Counted from the first letter of the stretch, positions 32,171 through 39,378 are shown. The stretch is 64,000 bases of DNA from Clostridia bacterium (GCA_045541975.1 JAZQKB010000026.1:4593-68592), one strand, 5' to 3'. Made by a program: numbers and translations. Notes: a model not told the origin generated them from the letters alone.

Positions 32171-32244
32171 CATTTTCCAACAACTATAAGAGAGTTATCG
32201 CAAAGCCAATAGGAGCAAATTTCCAAACTATCTTCGTTTCGCAC

Positions 32245-32280
32245 AAAAAAAATCTGTAACCCTTGCGGTTACAGACTTTT
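32245..32280. terminator. rho-independent terminator
   Basis: ctgtaacc/ggttacag stem with loop cttgc, preceded by A8 and followed by acTTTT. Confidence 0.65.
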
Positions 32281-32283
32281 GGG

Positions 32284-32327
32284 TGGCAGGGGCAGTAGGA
32301 TTTGAACAGGGGCACATAGGATTTAAG
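32284..32327 (-). repeat. tandem tRNA-Trp 3'-end-like remnants (att-site scars), not a functional tRNA
   Basis: The reverse complement of 32284-32307 reads GTTCAAATCCTACTGCCCCTGCCA. That is T-loop, T-stem 3' strand, acceptor 3' strand, discriminator G and CCA, matching the bacterial tRNA-Trp 3' end from memory. A degenerate second 20-mer (32308-32327) follows. No 5' half of a tRNA is present. Confidence 0.6.
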
Positions 32328-32481
32328 TTGGTGCAAGACGAATTAAATTGTGTTATCCTACACCTCGAAAAGCATTGGGGTTACAGGCTTTTTCAAATGT
32401 AGTGGCGGAAAACCCGCAAAATTCAAATAATTACGAAATTTTAAAATTTTGACCAAAAAGTTGGTGCAAAGTTGGTGCAAG
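32325..32481 (+). repeat. three copies of AAGTTGGTGCAA(G/A)
   Basis: Copies at 32325-32337, 32458-32470 and 32469-32481. The last two are in tandem and overlap by 2 nt. Confidence 0.7.
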
Positions 32482-32534
32482 CACTAGTCTGCATATACGC
32501 AAAAAAATATTTAGATTTATTATTTTAATTTAAT

Positions 32535-32570
32535 AAAAAAATGGAACAGACTTACTGTTCCATTTTTTTA
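32535..32570. terminator. bidirectional rho-independent terminator
   Basis: atggaacag/ctgttccat 9-bp stem flanked by A7 and T7, downstream of the 32623 gene. Confidence 0.8.
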
Positions 32571-32622
32571 TGCTTAGTAAGTGTACAAAGTTTAGACTAT
32601 AATGTATACGTGAGTTTATTAT

Positions 32623-33045
32623 TTAACCTTGATTTTGCCTATAAATTTCTTTTAAATTTTCAATAGCAAGTACGGGATCCATTGTGTGAAACACCATATA
32701 ATTTCGTTTCATTGTATCAACAGGAGCCTGCTTATATATTTTGGAACTATCTTCACCGGTGTAAAAATGCCAGTAGCGATAAAGATATCCAATCCAATAG
32801 ATTACATCAACAGAAAAGACTTCTCCCTCTGAAGATGAGATACCTGTATTTTGGGATATCAATTCTTCAAGCAGGTATTCTTCTCCAGCCCACTGCATAC
32901 GGTTATATTTTGAATCTAAATCTTTAGCAATTTTAGAAGTCATAAACGCTTTGATAAAGGGTGCACTGCTATAACCTTTTTGAGTAGCTAATTCAAAAAG
33001 TCTGCCTTGAATATCACACAGTTTTAATTGTAATTCATCAATCAT
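32623..33045 (-). CDS. hypothetical protein translationally coupled to the HTH-DUF3990-like gene (possibly DUF3791-like partner)
   Basis: 140-aa ORF. Its ATG lies 2 nt after the upstream stop, and an aaggaga RBS sits inside the upstream gene end. Confidence 0.55.
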   Translation of the reverse strand: MIDELQLKLCDIQGRLFELATQKGYSSAPFIKAFMTSKIAKDLDSKYNRMQWAGEEYLLEELISQNTGISSSEGEVFSVDVIYWIGYLYRYWHFYTGEDSSKIYKQAPVDTMKRNYMVFHTMDPVLAIENLKEIYRQNQG

Positions 33046-33047
33046 GA

Positions 33048-33917
33048 TTATTCTCCTTTCGCTTCGTCAAGGATTTCATCAAAAAACTTGCCATCACGGC
33101 GATGACTTTTGCAGATATCGTTTGCCAGAGATACACCTTTCGCCCTGTTTTCTTCTGCAATATTTTTCATAACAAGTCTTTCAAGATAAGAAAGAGGTAT
33201 TTCGGCTTCTATACGAACAGCGTTACAGCCTTTTTGGGAAATGGTTACATATTGTTTACCTAACTGCAATGCGGAAAGACTGTTGACGAGAGCAATATCC
33301 GTAATATTTCCAACGAAAAAGTTATCGATGACATAAAACATTCTATCATTTGCAATACTGCCGATGATTAAATCCTTGTCAGCCATCATATTGCAATATT
33401 GATTGTAAAGGGGAGTATCTTTTATGGTTTCCATCTTGCCCCGGTTATATGCCACGAGCATAGCCCAGTCAATATCCGGATTCACTTCTAAACATTTTAA
33501 CTTATCAGTACAAATTGATACAATATAAAATTTCGACTCCTCATAATCGCAGACAAGGGTAAGAGGTTGATTTGGATCGGTTCCCATATAAAAGCCTTCG
33601 CCAAAGTCACATTGTTTACGGCTTTTTGGTGCAATATCCCCAATGATACCAGATTTAGAACCGTGATAAAGCAGAATTCTGTTTTTTTCCAGTTTGATAT
33701 CTTGGGAAGCTTGTTGGATTTTTTCCAGAATCATATCGTAAACAGGTATGCTTTTGTCCTTGCATATATCGTACAGTTTTGTTTGAGCAAGTTTATTTGG
33801 GATAGCATGCCCGTTTTCCCAACGGTTGACTGTTGCAAAAGATACGCCGAGCCAAGCTGCAAATTCATTTTGACTCATATTTATAATGTTTCTGATTCTT
33901 TTTATTATAGTATTCAT
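33048..33917 (-). CDS. XRE-family HTH fused to DUF3990-like domain
   Basis: The N-terminus MSQNEFAAWLGVSFATVNRWENG is a canonical XRE HTH. The C-terminal part has LLYHGSKSG, DFGEGFYMGT and IIGSIANDRMF, which is the DUF3990 pattern as I remember it. Confidence 0.7.
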   Translation of the reverse strand: MNTIIKRIRNIINMSQNEFAAWLGVSFATVNRWENGHAIPNKLAQTKLYDICKDKSIPVYDMILEKIQQASQDIKLEKNRILLYHGSKSGIIGDIAPKSRKQCDFGEGFYMGTDPNQPLTLVCDYEESKFYIVSICTDKLKCLEVNPDIDWAMLVAYNRGKMETIKDTPLYNQYCNMMADKDLIIGSIANDRMFYVIDNFFVGNITDIALVNSLSALQLGKQYVTISQKGCNAVRIEAEIPLSYLERLVMKNIAEENRAKGVSLANDICKSHRRDGKFFDEILDEAKGE

Positions 33918-33975
33918 ATTCCCACCTCAATATAACATTGTTTACATTGATTATTATATCAAATGTTATATACTA

Positions 33976-34026
33976 TGTCAATAATTTCTTACAAATATTA
34001 AATAAAATTCTTGAAAAATAAAGAAC
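33976..34026 (+). repeat. about 50-nt promoter-region repeat, copy 1 (partner at 34981-35030)
   Basis: tgtcaaTaatttcttacaaatattaaataaaattCttgaaaaataaagaa differs from the 34981 copy at 2 positions. Confidence 0.85.
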
Positions 34027-34232
34027 GGAAAGAACTTGTAAAACACAAAACGTAAAAATATATTATTATTGAAAAGTGTATAAAATGTTCTATGAAATAT
34101 ATTGAAAAGTGTGAAATAGAGTTTTTTCTTTATGTTGATTAGAAAGATTTAAGCATAAATTGAGGATTATTTTACTTTTCGACAAAATAATAATAAAAAA
34201 CCTGAAAAATAATAACCAGGAAAGGAGGAAAC

Positions 34233-34604
34233 ATGGGTGAATTGCTTATGAAATATGACCGGGTAAAATTACCCCGGAACAGTCTGTCTGAAGGCAAGGG
34301 GATTATGCGCTTCTGGGTGAGAATTGCAGTTTGTGCAGCCTTTCGCACAGGTCCGTGGAAATACTGTGAACATGTCAATAGATTAGTCTATTGGTACAGT
34401 AAAAAAATTACACAGAAATCCTATGCAAATGAGTCCGAAAATCGCGTTGCACTTTTTGACGCTATAATACGCGCGTATATTTCTCCTTGTAATTATTGTG
34501 AGTATTGTAAGCATTGTAAATATGACTGCAGGAGTATTGATTATAGTTACAGTAGAACAATAGAGTCAGATAATATTAGGGGACCTTGTTTCCCGTCGGA
34601 CTGA
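34233..34604 (+). CDS. in-frame internal-deletion derivative of the 35045 initiator-like gene
   Basis: The 123-aa product equals the N-terminal roughly 46 aa plus the C-terminal roughly 77 aa of the 345-aa paralog. Estimated by eye, the shared parts are roughly 85% identical at nucleotide level. Confidence 0.7.
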   Translation: MGELLMKYDRVKLPRNSLSEGKGIMRFWVRIAVCAAFRTGPWKYCEHVNRLVYWYSKKITQKSYANESENRVALFDAIIRAYISPCNYCEYCKHCKYDCRSIDYSYSRTIESDNIRGPCFPSD

Positions 34605-34980
34605 ATGAACTGTTGAACTACATAACAGTACTGAATAACCAATCATTTCTGATGGCAATAAATTGGCACAAAAATGGCACAGTTTTGCCGATGACAAACA
34701 AATACAAATGTGTTATATTGGTAGTGTCAAAAGGTGGGGGTGGACAATAAAACACTGTTTTGGCAGTTGTCTTACATTCAAAAAAGAGACAATGATTCTG
34801 ATTAAAAAGTTGATGGCATCAGATAGTACGGAGGTATTGCAAATTGTTTGATTTGATGAAGAACTTTTACTGTTATCCGCAATTCTTTTCACGAAAAAAT
34901 GAATAAAATGATAGAAATCTCCAAAATGCAGCGGTTTTTGCGAGATTTGCAATCTGAAACTAAGACATCTGTTATATATG

Positions 34981-35030
34981 TGTCAAAAATTTCTTACAAA
35001 TATTAAATAAAATTATTGAAAAATAAAGAA
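34981..35030 (+). repeat. about 50-nt promoter-region repeat, copy 2
   Basis: See the 33976-34026 entry. Here it is directly followed by aggaggg and the ATG at 35045. Confidence 0.85.
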
Positions 35031-35044
35031 AGGAGGGAACCTGT

Positions 35045-36082
35045 ATGAAATGTTTGATGAAGTATGAATGGGTTAAATTACCCCGTACTCATCTACCTGA
35101 TGGGAAAGGACTGATGCGTTCCTGGACAAGACTTGCATCTCGTGCAGCATTTCGAAAAGGCCAAGCAGAATATTGCGGTCATATCAATCCTGTGAACGCA
35201 GGAGAGTGGTCTGGCGGTATTGTTGGGGTACAGAGTATTCTTGAAATAAAAAAGCGTTCTGCAGCGCTGACAACACTGGATAAATTATCGGAACTTGGAT
35301 ACTTGGGTTATACCCTTGATGCAAAGACAAAACGGCTTACCTATCGAATTAGCGACTGGGTGGTAAACTGTTCCAGTGAAGAGTGTATGGATGGGAACGT
35401 ATATACTTCTCAGGGATACGGGTTCCTGTGCCTTCCACGGAATATAACAGAACGACTTGTAGAACAAAATTACATATTTGAAGAATCAGACGCATGGTTG
35501 GATTTATGGTGTCACACAGTATCCGAAGATCCAAACAATGCGTTTTCTTTTTTAGCACCGATAGTTCAGTATGGAAAATTTGGAGTTGTTTTAACTTTGG
35601 AAACCTTGGGAAATCGCTGGGGTTGGGAAAAAACAAAGGTATGGAGATTTTTGAAAAAGCACGGGGATATCTTTGCTAAGTATCGTTTACCCGGCTCTTA
35701 CGGTTGTCTTATTTATAATAAACTTTATCCTATCAATAAAGAGGTTTCACTACCTACAGATGAAAAAATTGTGGGTATATTGGATGAAGTGCGAACCCTT
35801 GGAACTCATACACATAAACATGTCAGCGATCACGAGCATATCAATCGGTTAGTCTATTGGTACAGCAAAAAAATCACTGAAAAAAATTGTGAAAATGTAT
35901 CCGAAAATCGCGTTGCACTTTTTGACCCTATAATATGCGCGTATATTTCTCCTTGTAATCATTGTGAGTATTGTAATCATTGTGAATATGACTGCGGGAA
36001 TATTGATTATAGTGATAGGAGAACTATAGAGTCATATAATATGCAAAAATCTTGTTTCCTGTCAGACAGAATGAACTGTTGA
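35045..36082 (+). CDS. mobile-element DNA-binding / replication-initiator-like protein with Cys-rich tail
   Basis: 345 aa with two winged-helix-like segments (LTTLDKLSELGYLGYTLD..KRLTYRISDW and LETLGNRWGWEKTKVWRFLKKHG). The C-terminal tail is CNHCEYCNHCEYDC. Confidence 0.55.
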   Translation: MKCLMKYEWVKLPRTHLPDGKGLMRSWTRLASRAAFRKGQAEYCGHINPVNAGEWSGGIVGVQSILEIKKRSAALTTLDKLSELGYLGYTLDAKTKRLTYRISDWVVNCSSEECMDGNVYTSQGYGFLCLPRNITERLVEQNYIFEESDAWLDLWCHTVSEDPNNAFSFLAPIVQYGKFGVVLTLETLGNRWGWEKTKVWRFLKKHGDIFAKYRLPGSYGCLIYNKLYPINKEVSLPTDEKIVGILDEVRTLGTHTHKHVSDHEHINRLVYWYSKKITEKNCENVSENRVALFDPIICAYISPCNHCEYCNHCEYDCGNIDYSDRRTIESYNMQKSCFLSDRMNC

Positions 36083-36380
36083 ATCACAAGTAATTTCAAA
36101 CAAATTGTTGTTGGTGTCGATCACAGCATTGGTGGTGTCAAATAATAGGACGGCGGTAAAAGATATGTGGGTCAATTAAGAATTTATGTTCTGATATTCT
36201 ACTTTCACAAGGAAAAAATGGTGTAAAATCTGCCGAAATTCTTCAAAAAATTGATACAGTACTTTATAAAAAGACAAAACCCTGGGATTTCAGATGATTT
36301 GAGCAGCAGAGGTATCTGAAATTCGCCAGAGAGAGCAAATAATATGGCGAAAAAAACTTGCAAAAGGAGCGTGATTATGT

Positions 36381-37514
36381 ATGAAACACATTTGCCCGGG
36401 CAGTCCGGCAGGCAGTCTTTGCACCATTCTTTCAACGGTTGGTGAGTATCCCTATTCTTCACTTCATCTACTCGGTAATGAGCGATATTTCCGCAATACA
36501 GTCCATCAGCTTCTGGAGAAAAATACCTTGCATCATACTCAGTCTGGTGAGAAGCATATTTGTAAACTTTTTATGTTATCCGGAAAGAGTTCTCTAAAAA
36601 CGATTCGTCTGTGCAAGGGTGCTCTCCCCATACTGAATTGGATTTCACCGGATGCTTTGGATTATTATTTGAATGCATTTCGAAATTGCCACTTTCACGG
36701 TGATCGAAATCACATTGAACGGAATCATAGAATTGCTGAGGCAGTGGCAATGTGTATGCGGGCGGAGATAGAGTACCGACCGTATCATTTACCCGAACTG
36801 CAGAATCAAGCGCGTCTTTCCATCATACCGAATCAGACGGTATTCTATCAGTCGAGGTCATTGAAATCTATTGGTTCCAGCGAGATGAACAAAACGATGT
36901 TCACCAGACTGGTCGGAGCAATTTACTCCCACCGGAAATGTTTTGCTGTATATAACACCCGTGATTCCCTGATGAAGTGGAACGACAGAGGAGAATTTAA
37001 AGCTCTCCAGAATTTAATCAATATCACCAGACTCAATTCCAATATTCCCAATGTGGATTCTGCAATTTTGTTTGGCCGATCTGATAAAGTCATATTGGAT
37101 ACTCTTCAATTTCAAGAAAAGAATCACCGATTAGAATTTCGATTTGACGGAATTTACCGATATATTCATTTTGTGCCGTTGTCCGAAGCAGGCATCAGAT
37201 TATTAAAAATTTTATGTTTACCTGAAATACAGCAAAGGCTACTTGATTTGTTGTTTGAACCTCACAGCCTTACAAACGGACTTGGGTTATTTGAGTATGA
37301 TGCATATGTGAATCAAAAATATATTTTTTCCCATTTAGACGGTGATATCGCTCGACTCATTCGATTCAAAGAAGGGTTACTGTTCAATTATTACAAAGGT
37401 GAAGTGATTTGTTTTGACTTCCAGGTGTATTATGTTAAAAAATATTTGGAAGATCTTGTAACTGTCAAGGTGATTGATATGAATTTGATAGAAAAAGGAC
37501 TTGGATTGAGATAA
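36381..37514 (+). CDS. hypothetical protein of the element (weak resemblance to replication-relaxation type wHTH proteins)
   Basis: 377-aa ORF with aaaggagcg RBS. I recognise no confident family. There is a His-rich segment HFHGDRNHIERNHRIAEA. Confidence 0.45.
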   Translation: MKHICPGSPAGSLCTILSTVGEYPYSSLHLLGNERYFRNTVHQLLEKNTLHHTQSGEKHICKLFMLSGKSSLKTIRLCKGALPILNWISPDALDYYLNAFRNCHFHGDRNHIERNHRIAEAVAMCMRAEIEYRPYHLPELQNQARLSIIPNQTVFYQSRSLKSIGSSEMNKTMFTRLVGAIYSHRKCFAVYNTRDSLMKWNDRGEFKALQNLINITRLNSNIPNVDSAILFGRSDKVILDTLQFQEKNHRLEFRFDGIYRYIHFVPLSEAGIRLLKILCLPEIQQRLLDLLFEPHSLTNGLGLFEYDAYVNQKYIFSHLDGDIARLIRFKEGLLFNYYKGEVICFDFQVYYVKKYLEDLVTVKVIDMNLIEKGLGLR

Positions 37515-37668
37515 GGAGTGTTGCTGTTTAAAAAAAGATGAATTGTGCAAAATGACGGGGAAGAGGGCGATTATTAACCAAAATTTTCTGTCATACTGAC
37601 TTGGGACCGAAAAACGCTTGGCAGTAAGAAAATCTTTGTTGAAACCTCACAAACTTAACATATCCGGC

Positions 37669-37697
37669 TTGACTTATGGCTTGATTTTTGGTATACT
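37669..37697 (+). promoter_or_regulatory. consensus-like sigma-A promoter (TTGACT-17-TATACT)
   Basis: TTGACT at 37669-37674, an exact 17-nt spacer, TATACT at 37692-37697. Confidence 0.75.
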
Positions 37698-37703
37698 ATA
37701 ACC

Positions 37704-37951
37704 GTGACAGGGGCTTGCATCCAGGCTTTCGGTACATCGGAAGAATTCCCGGTGTTAGACTTGCTCGAGGATGTAGTAGGGAACCGTTACGGATTTAGCG
37801 CACTGAGCGATCCATAATGATGCAAGCAAAACTGAATATGAAGCCGGAGGGCTGCTAATACTTTACAGAGTCAATCGTGGGGATGAGACACCCAAATTTC
37901 CCGACACTTGGCTCTGTATTGTCATTTTTGCAGACCTTCCGGCTTTTTTTT
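37704..37951 (+). ncRNA. structured RNA / leader of about 245 nt (possibly the DUF3268-associated RNA motif)
   Basis: It has a perfect 9-bp long-range helix (37713-37721 with 37819-37827). A 14-bp helix with one bulge pairs 37842-37855 with 37930-37944. An 11-bp inner helix pairs 37864-37874 with 37908-37918. It ends in T8 at 37944-37951. To the eye it is much more GC-rich than its flanks. Confidence 0.6.
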
Positions 37952-37973
37952 ATTGCAATTGGAGGTAATTTAC

Positions 37974-38444
37974 GTGAATAAAAAGAACAAAAAACGAAAG
38001 GGAATTAATGCAGCTCCTACCCGTTGTCCTTACTGCGGCGGACGTGTTGTTTTCCGGAGTGCCGATGGCATTTACCAGGAAAACCACAATGGTAGGATGC
38101 TTTATGTATGTTCCCGTTATCCTGAATGTGATGCTTATGTCAGAACCCATGACGGAACAAGGATTCCTGTTGGTAGTATGGCAAATCACGAACTGAGAAT
38201 TCTCAGAAAAACTGCACACCATTATTTTGATCAGTTACATAAATCCGGTCTGATGACCAAAGACGGTGCTTACGACTGGTTAGCCAATGTGATTGATGAA
38301 CCAAAGTCTTACGCACATATAGGGCTCTTGAGTGAATACTATTGCAAACAGGTGATTGAACAGAGTAAAGAATACTTAAGACGTTATAAGAATAAGCAGA
38401 AAAACTTGCAGTCTAAAAAGAGAAGAGGGGAGCTGATTTCATGA
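37974..38444 (+). CDS. zinc-ribbon protein (DUF3268-like, topoisomerase-type C4 finger)
   Basis: GTG at 37974 lies 7 nt after ggaggt. CPYCGG...CSRYPECDAYV forms a C4 zinc ribbon, followed by a helical C-terminal half. The ATG at 37908 lies inside the RNA helix and is rejected as the start. Confidence 0.65.
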   Translation: MNKKNKKRKGINAAPTRCPYCGGRVVFRSADGIYQENHNGRMLYVCSRYPECDAYVRTHDGTRIPVGSMANHELRILRKTAHHYFDQLHKSGLMTKDGAYDWLANVIDEPKSYAHIGLLSEYYCKQVIEQSKEYLRRYKNKQKNLQSKKRRGELIS

Positions 38445-38957
38445 AATTAACAGCTCAGCAGCAGAAACTGGTTGAAGATAATCTGGGTCTGGTAGGCAAA
38501 GTAATTTTCCAAAAGGTCTATGATATTGATAAGCTTCCTTTTTATACATATGATGACCTTTTCCGGATTGGTTGTATCGGACTTATGAAAGCTGCTACAA
38601 CTGGATAAAGGCGGTACCTTTTCTACTTATGCCTACAGACTCATCTGGAATGAGATTTGCGATGCATTAGCTTACGCTACACGAAAAAAATCCAAAGAAG
38701 AATCTTTAGATACAATTCAATTGACTGATCCTGAGGATGATTTTGAAGTCAACCGGGATTTAAGAATTGAGCTGTATGATGTGATACAAAAAGCGAAGGG
38801 AGATGTTTCTCCCTCCGTTTCGTTTGGTATTGATGCATTATTGCTTATGAATGACGGCTACACCGCCAAAGAAATAGGTGTTCGTTACGGCAAAACAGCA
38901 CATACCGTTGCTGCATTGGTATCCAAGGCGAAGAAGCACTTTAGAAGTACATTATGA
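38441..38957 (+). pseudogene. sigma-70 family (element-type) sigma factor, split by a frameshift
   Basis: The ATG at 38441 overlaps the upstream stop (ATGA). Region 2 (DDLFRIGCIGLMKA) runs into a TAA at 38606. Shifted one base downstream, the next frame continues with LDKGGTFSTYAYRLIWNEI and a region-4 HTH (YTAKEIGVRYGKTAHTVAALVSKAKK) to 38957. Confidence 0.7.
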
Positions 38958-38966
38958 ATCTTTGTG

Positions 38967-39336
38967 TTAATCATTAAAGTTTTCCTTACGATATTGTAAT
39001 GGTGACATCCCTACATTTTTTTGAATATCAAATTCAAATGTGTAGCGTTGGAAAGACTGAGTAGTTCGCTGATTTCTTCGATGGATTTATTGGTTGACCG
39101 TAATAGTGTTTTTGCTAAACGCAATTTGTTTTTCAAAATATACTGATGTGGCGTTATGTTATATCTTTGCTTAAAAAGACGGGTAAAATGCTGCACTGAT
39201 AAATTTGAAATTTTTGCAAGATCTTCTAAGGTGATGTTATCTGTCAGATGTGAGTCAAGATATAACCGGGCATTGTCAATGGCATCGTGATTCGAGGTTG
39301 TGATTTGGTGATGCTTGGAAAGAAATGCAATGATTT
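38967..39336 (-). pseudogene. AraC-family regulator remnant (N-terminal sensor domain missing, 3' frameshift)
   Basis: Only the C-terminal double HTH remains (ITLEDLAKISNLSVQHFTRLFKQRYNITPHQYILKNKLRLAKTLL..). A 7-nt homopolymer at 39016-39022 breaks the frame; with one more base it would read FKKNVGMSPLQYRKENFND-stop. Confidence 0.7.
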
Positions 39337-39378
39337 CTAAAAAATAAGTATATCTTTTGATAAGAAAATGTAGTCTAA
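39337..39378 (-). pseudogene. 3'-end fragment of an EEP-family gene (LDYIFLSKDILIF-stop)
   Basis: Nucleotides 39349-39377 match 40261-40289 at 28 of 29 positions. The second site lies inside the intact EEP gene, where it encodes VDYIFLSKDI. Confidence 0.7.

Larger units (their letters stand above)
32284..38957. mobile_element. decayed integrative/conjugative- or phage-like element remnant (no recombinase present)
   Basis: It starts at tRNA 3'-end-like scars. It contains an HTH-DUF3990-like module, duplicated initiator-like genes, an orphan gene, and a Zn-ribbon plus sigma-70 regulatory module typical of clostridial mobile elements. Genes are broken by a deletion and a frameshift. Confidence 0.5.

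Noticed and set aside
32284-32307. Possible tRNA gene on the minus strand
   Set aside because: Only the T-loop, T-stem 3' strand, acceptor 3' strand and CCA are present. The 5' T-stem strand and the rest of the tRNA body are absent, so this is a scar and not a gene.
34663-34952. 62-aa (+) and 79-aa (-) ORFs between the two initiator-like paralogs
   Set aside because: They are short, mutually overlapping and without RBS. The region aligns partly with the sequence downstream of the second paralog, so it is likely non-coding duplicated spacer.
35945-36000. Short tandem repeats considered as a CRISPR-like or minisatellite array
   Set aside because: There are only two 18-nt units with no spacers, and they are in frame within a gene. 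This is a coding tandem repeat. No CRISPR array exists anywhere in the window.
36205-36462. 85-aa minus-strand ORF upstream of and overlapping the 36381 gene
   Set aside because: It has no RBS, overlaps the start of the better-supported plus-strand gene, and probably reflects AT-rich intergenic sequence.
37908-37973. ATG at 37908 as the start of the zinc-ribbon protein (178-aa version)
   Set aside because: This ATG lies inside the 11-bp helix and terminator stem of the structured RNA and has no RBS. The GTG at 37974 follows ggaggt with good spacing.
38606-38608. Programmed frameshift at the sigma gene stop
   Set aside because: No slippery heptamer or obvious stimulatory structure was noticed at the site. 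A simple indel or sequencing error is more parsimonious, although recoding is not formally excluded.
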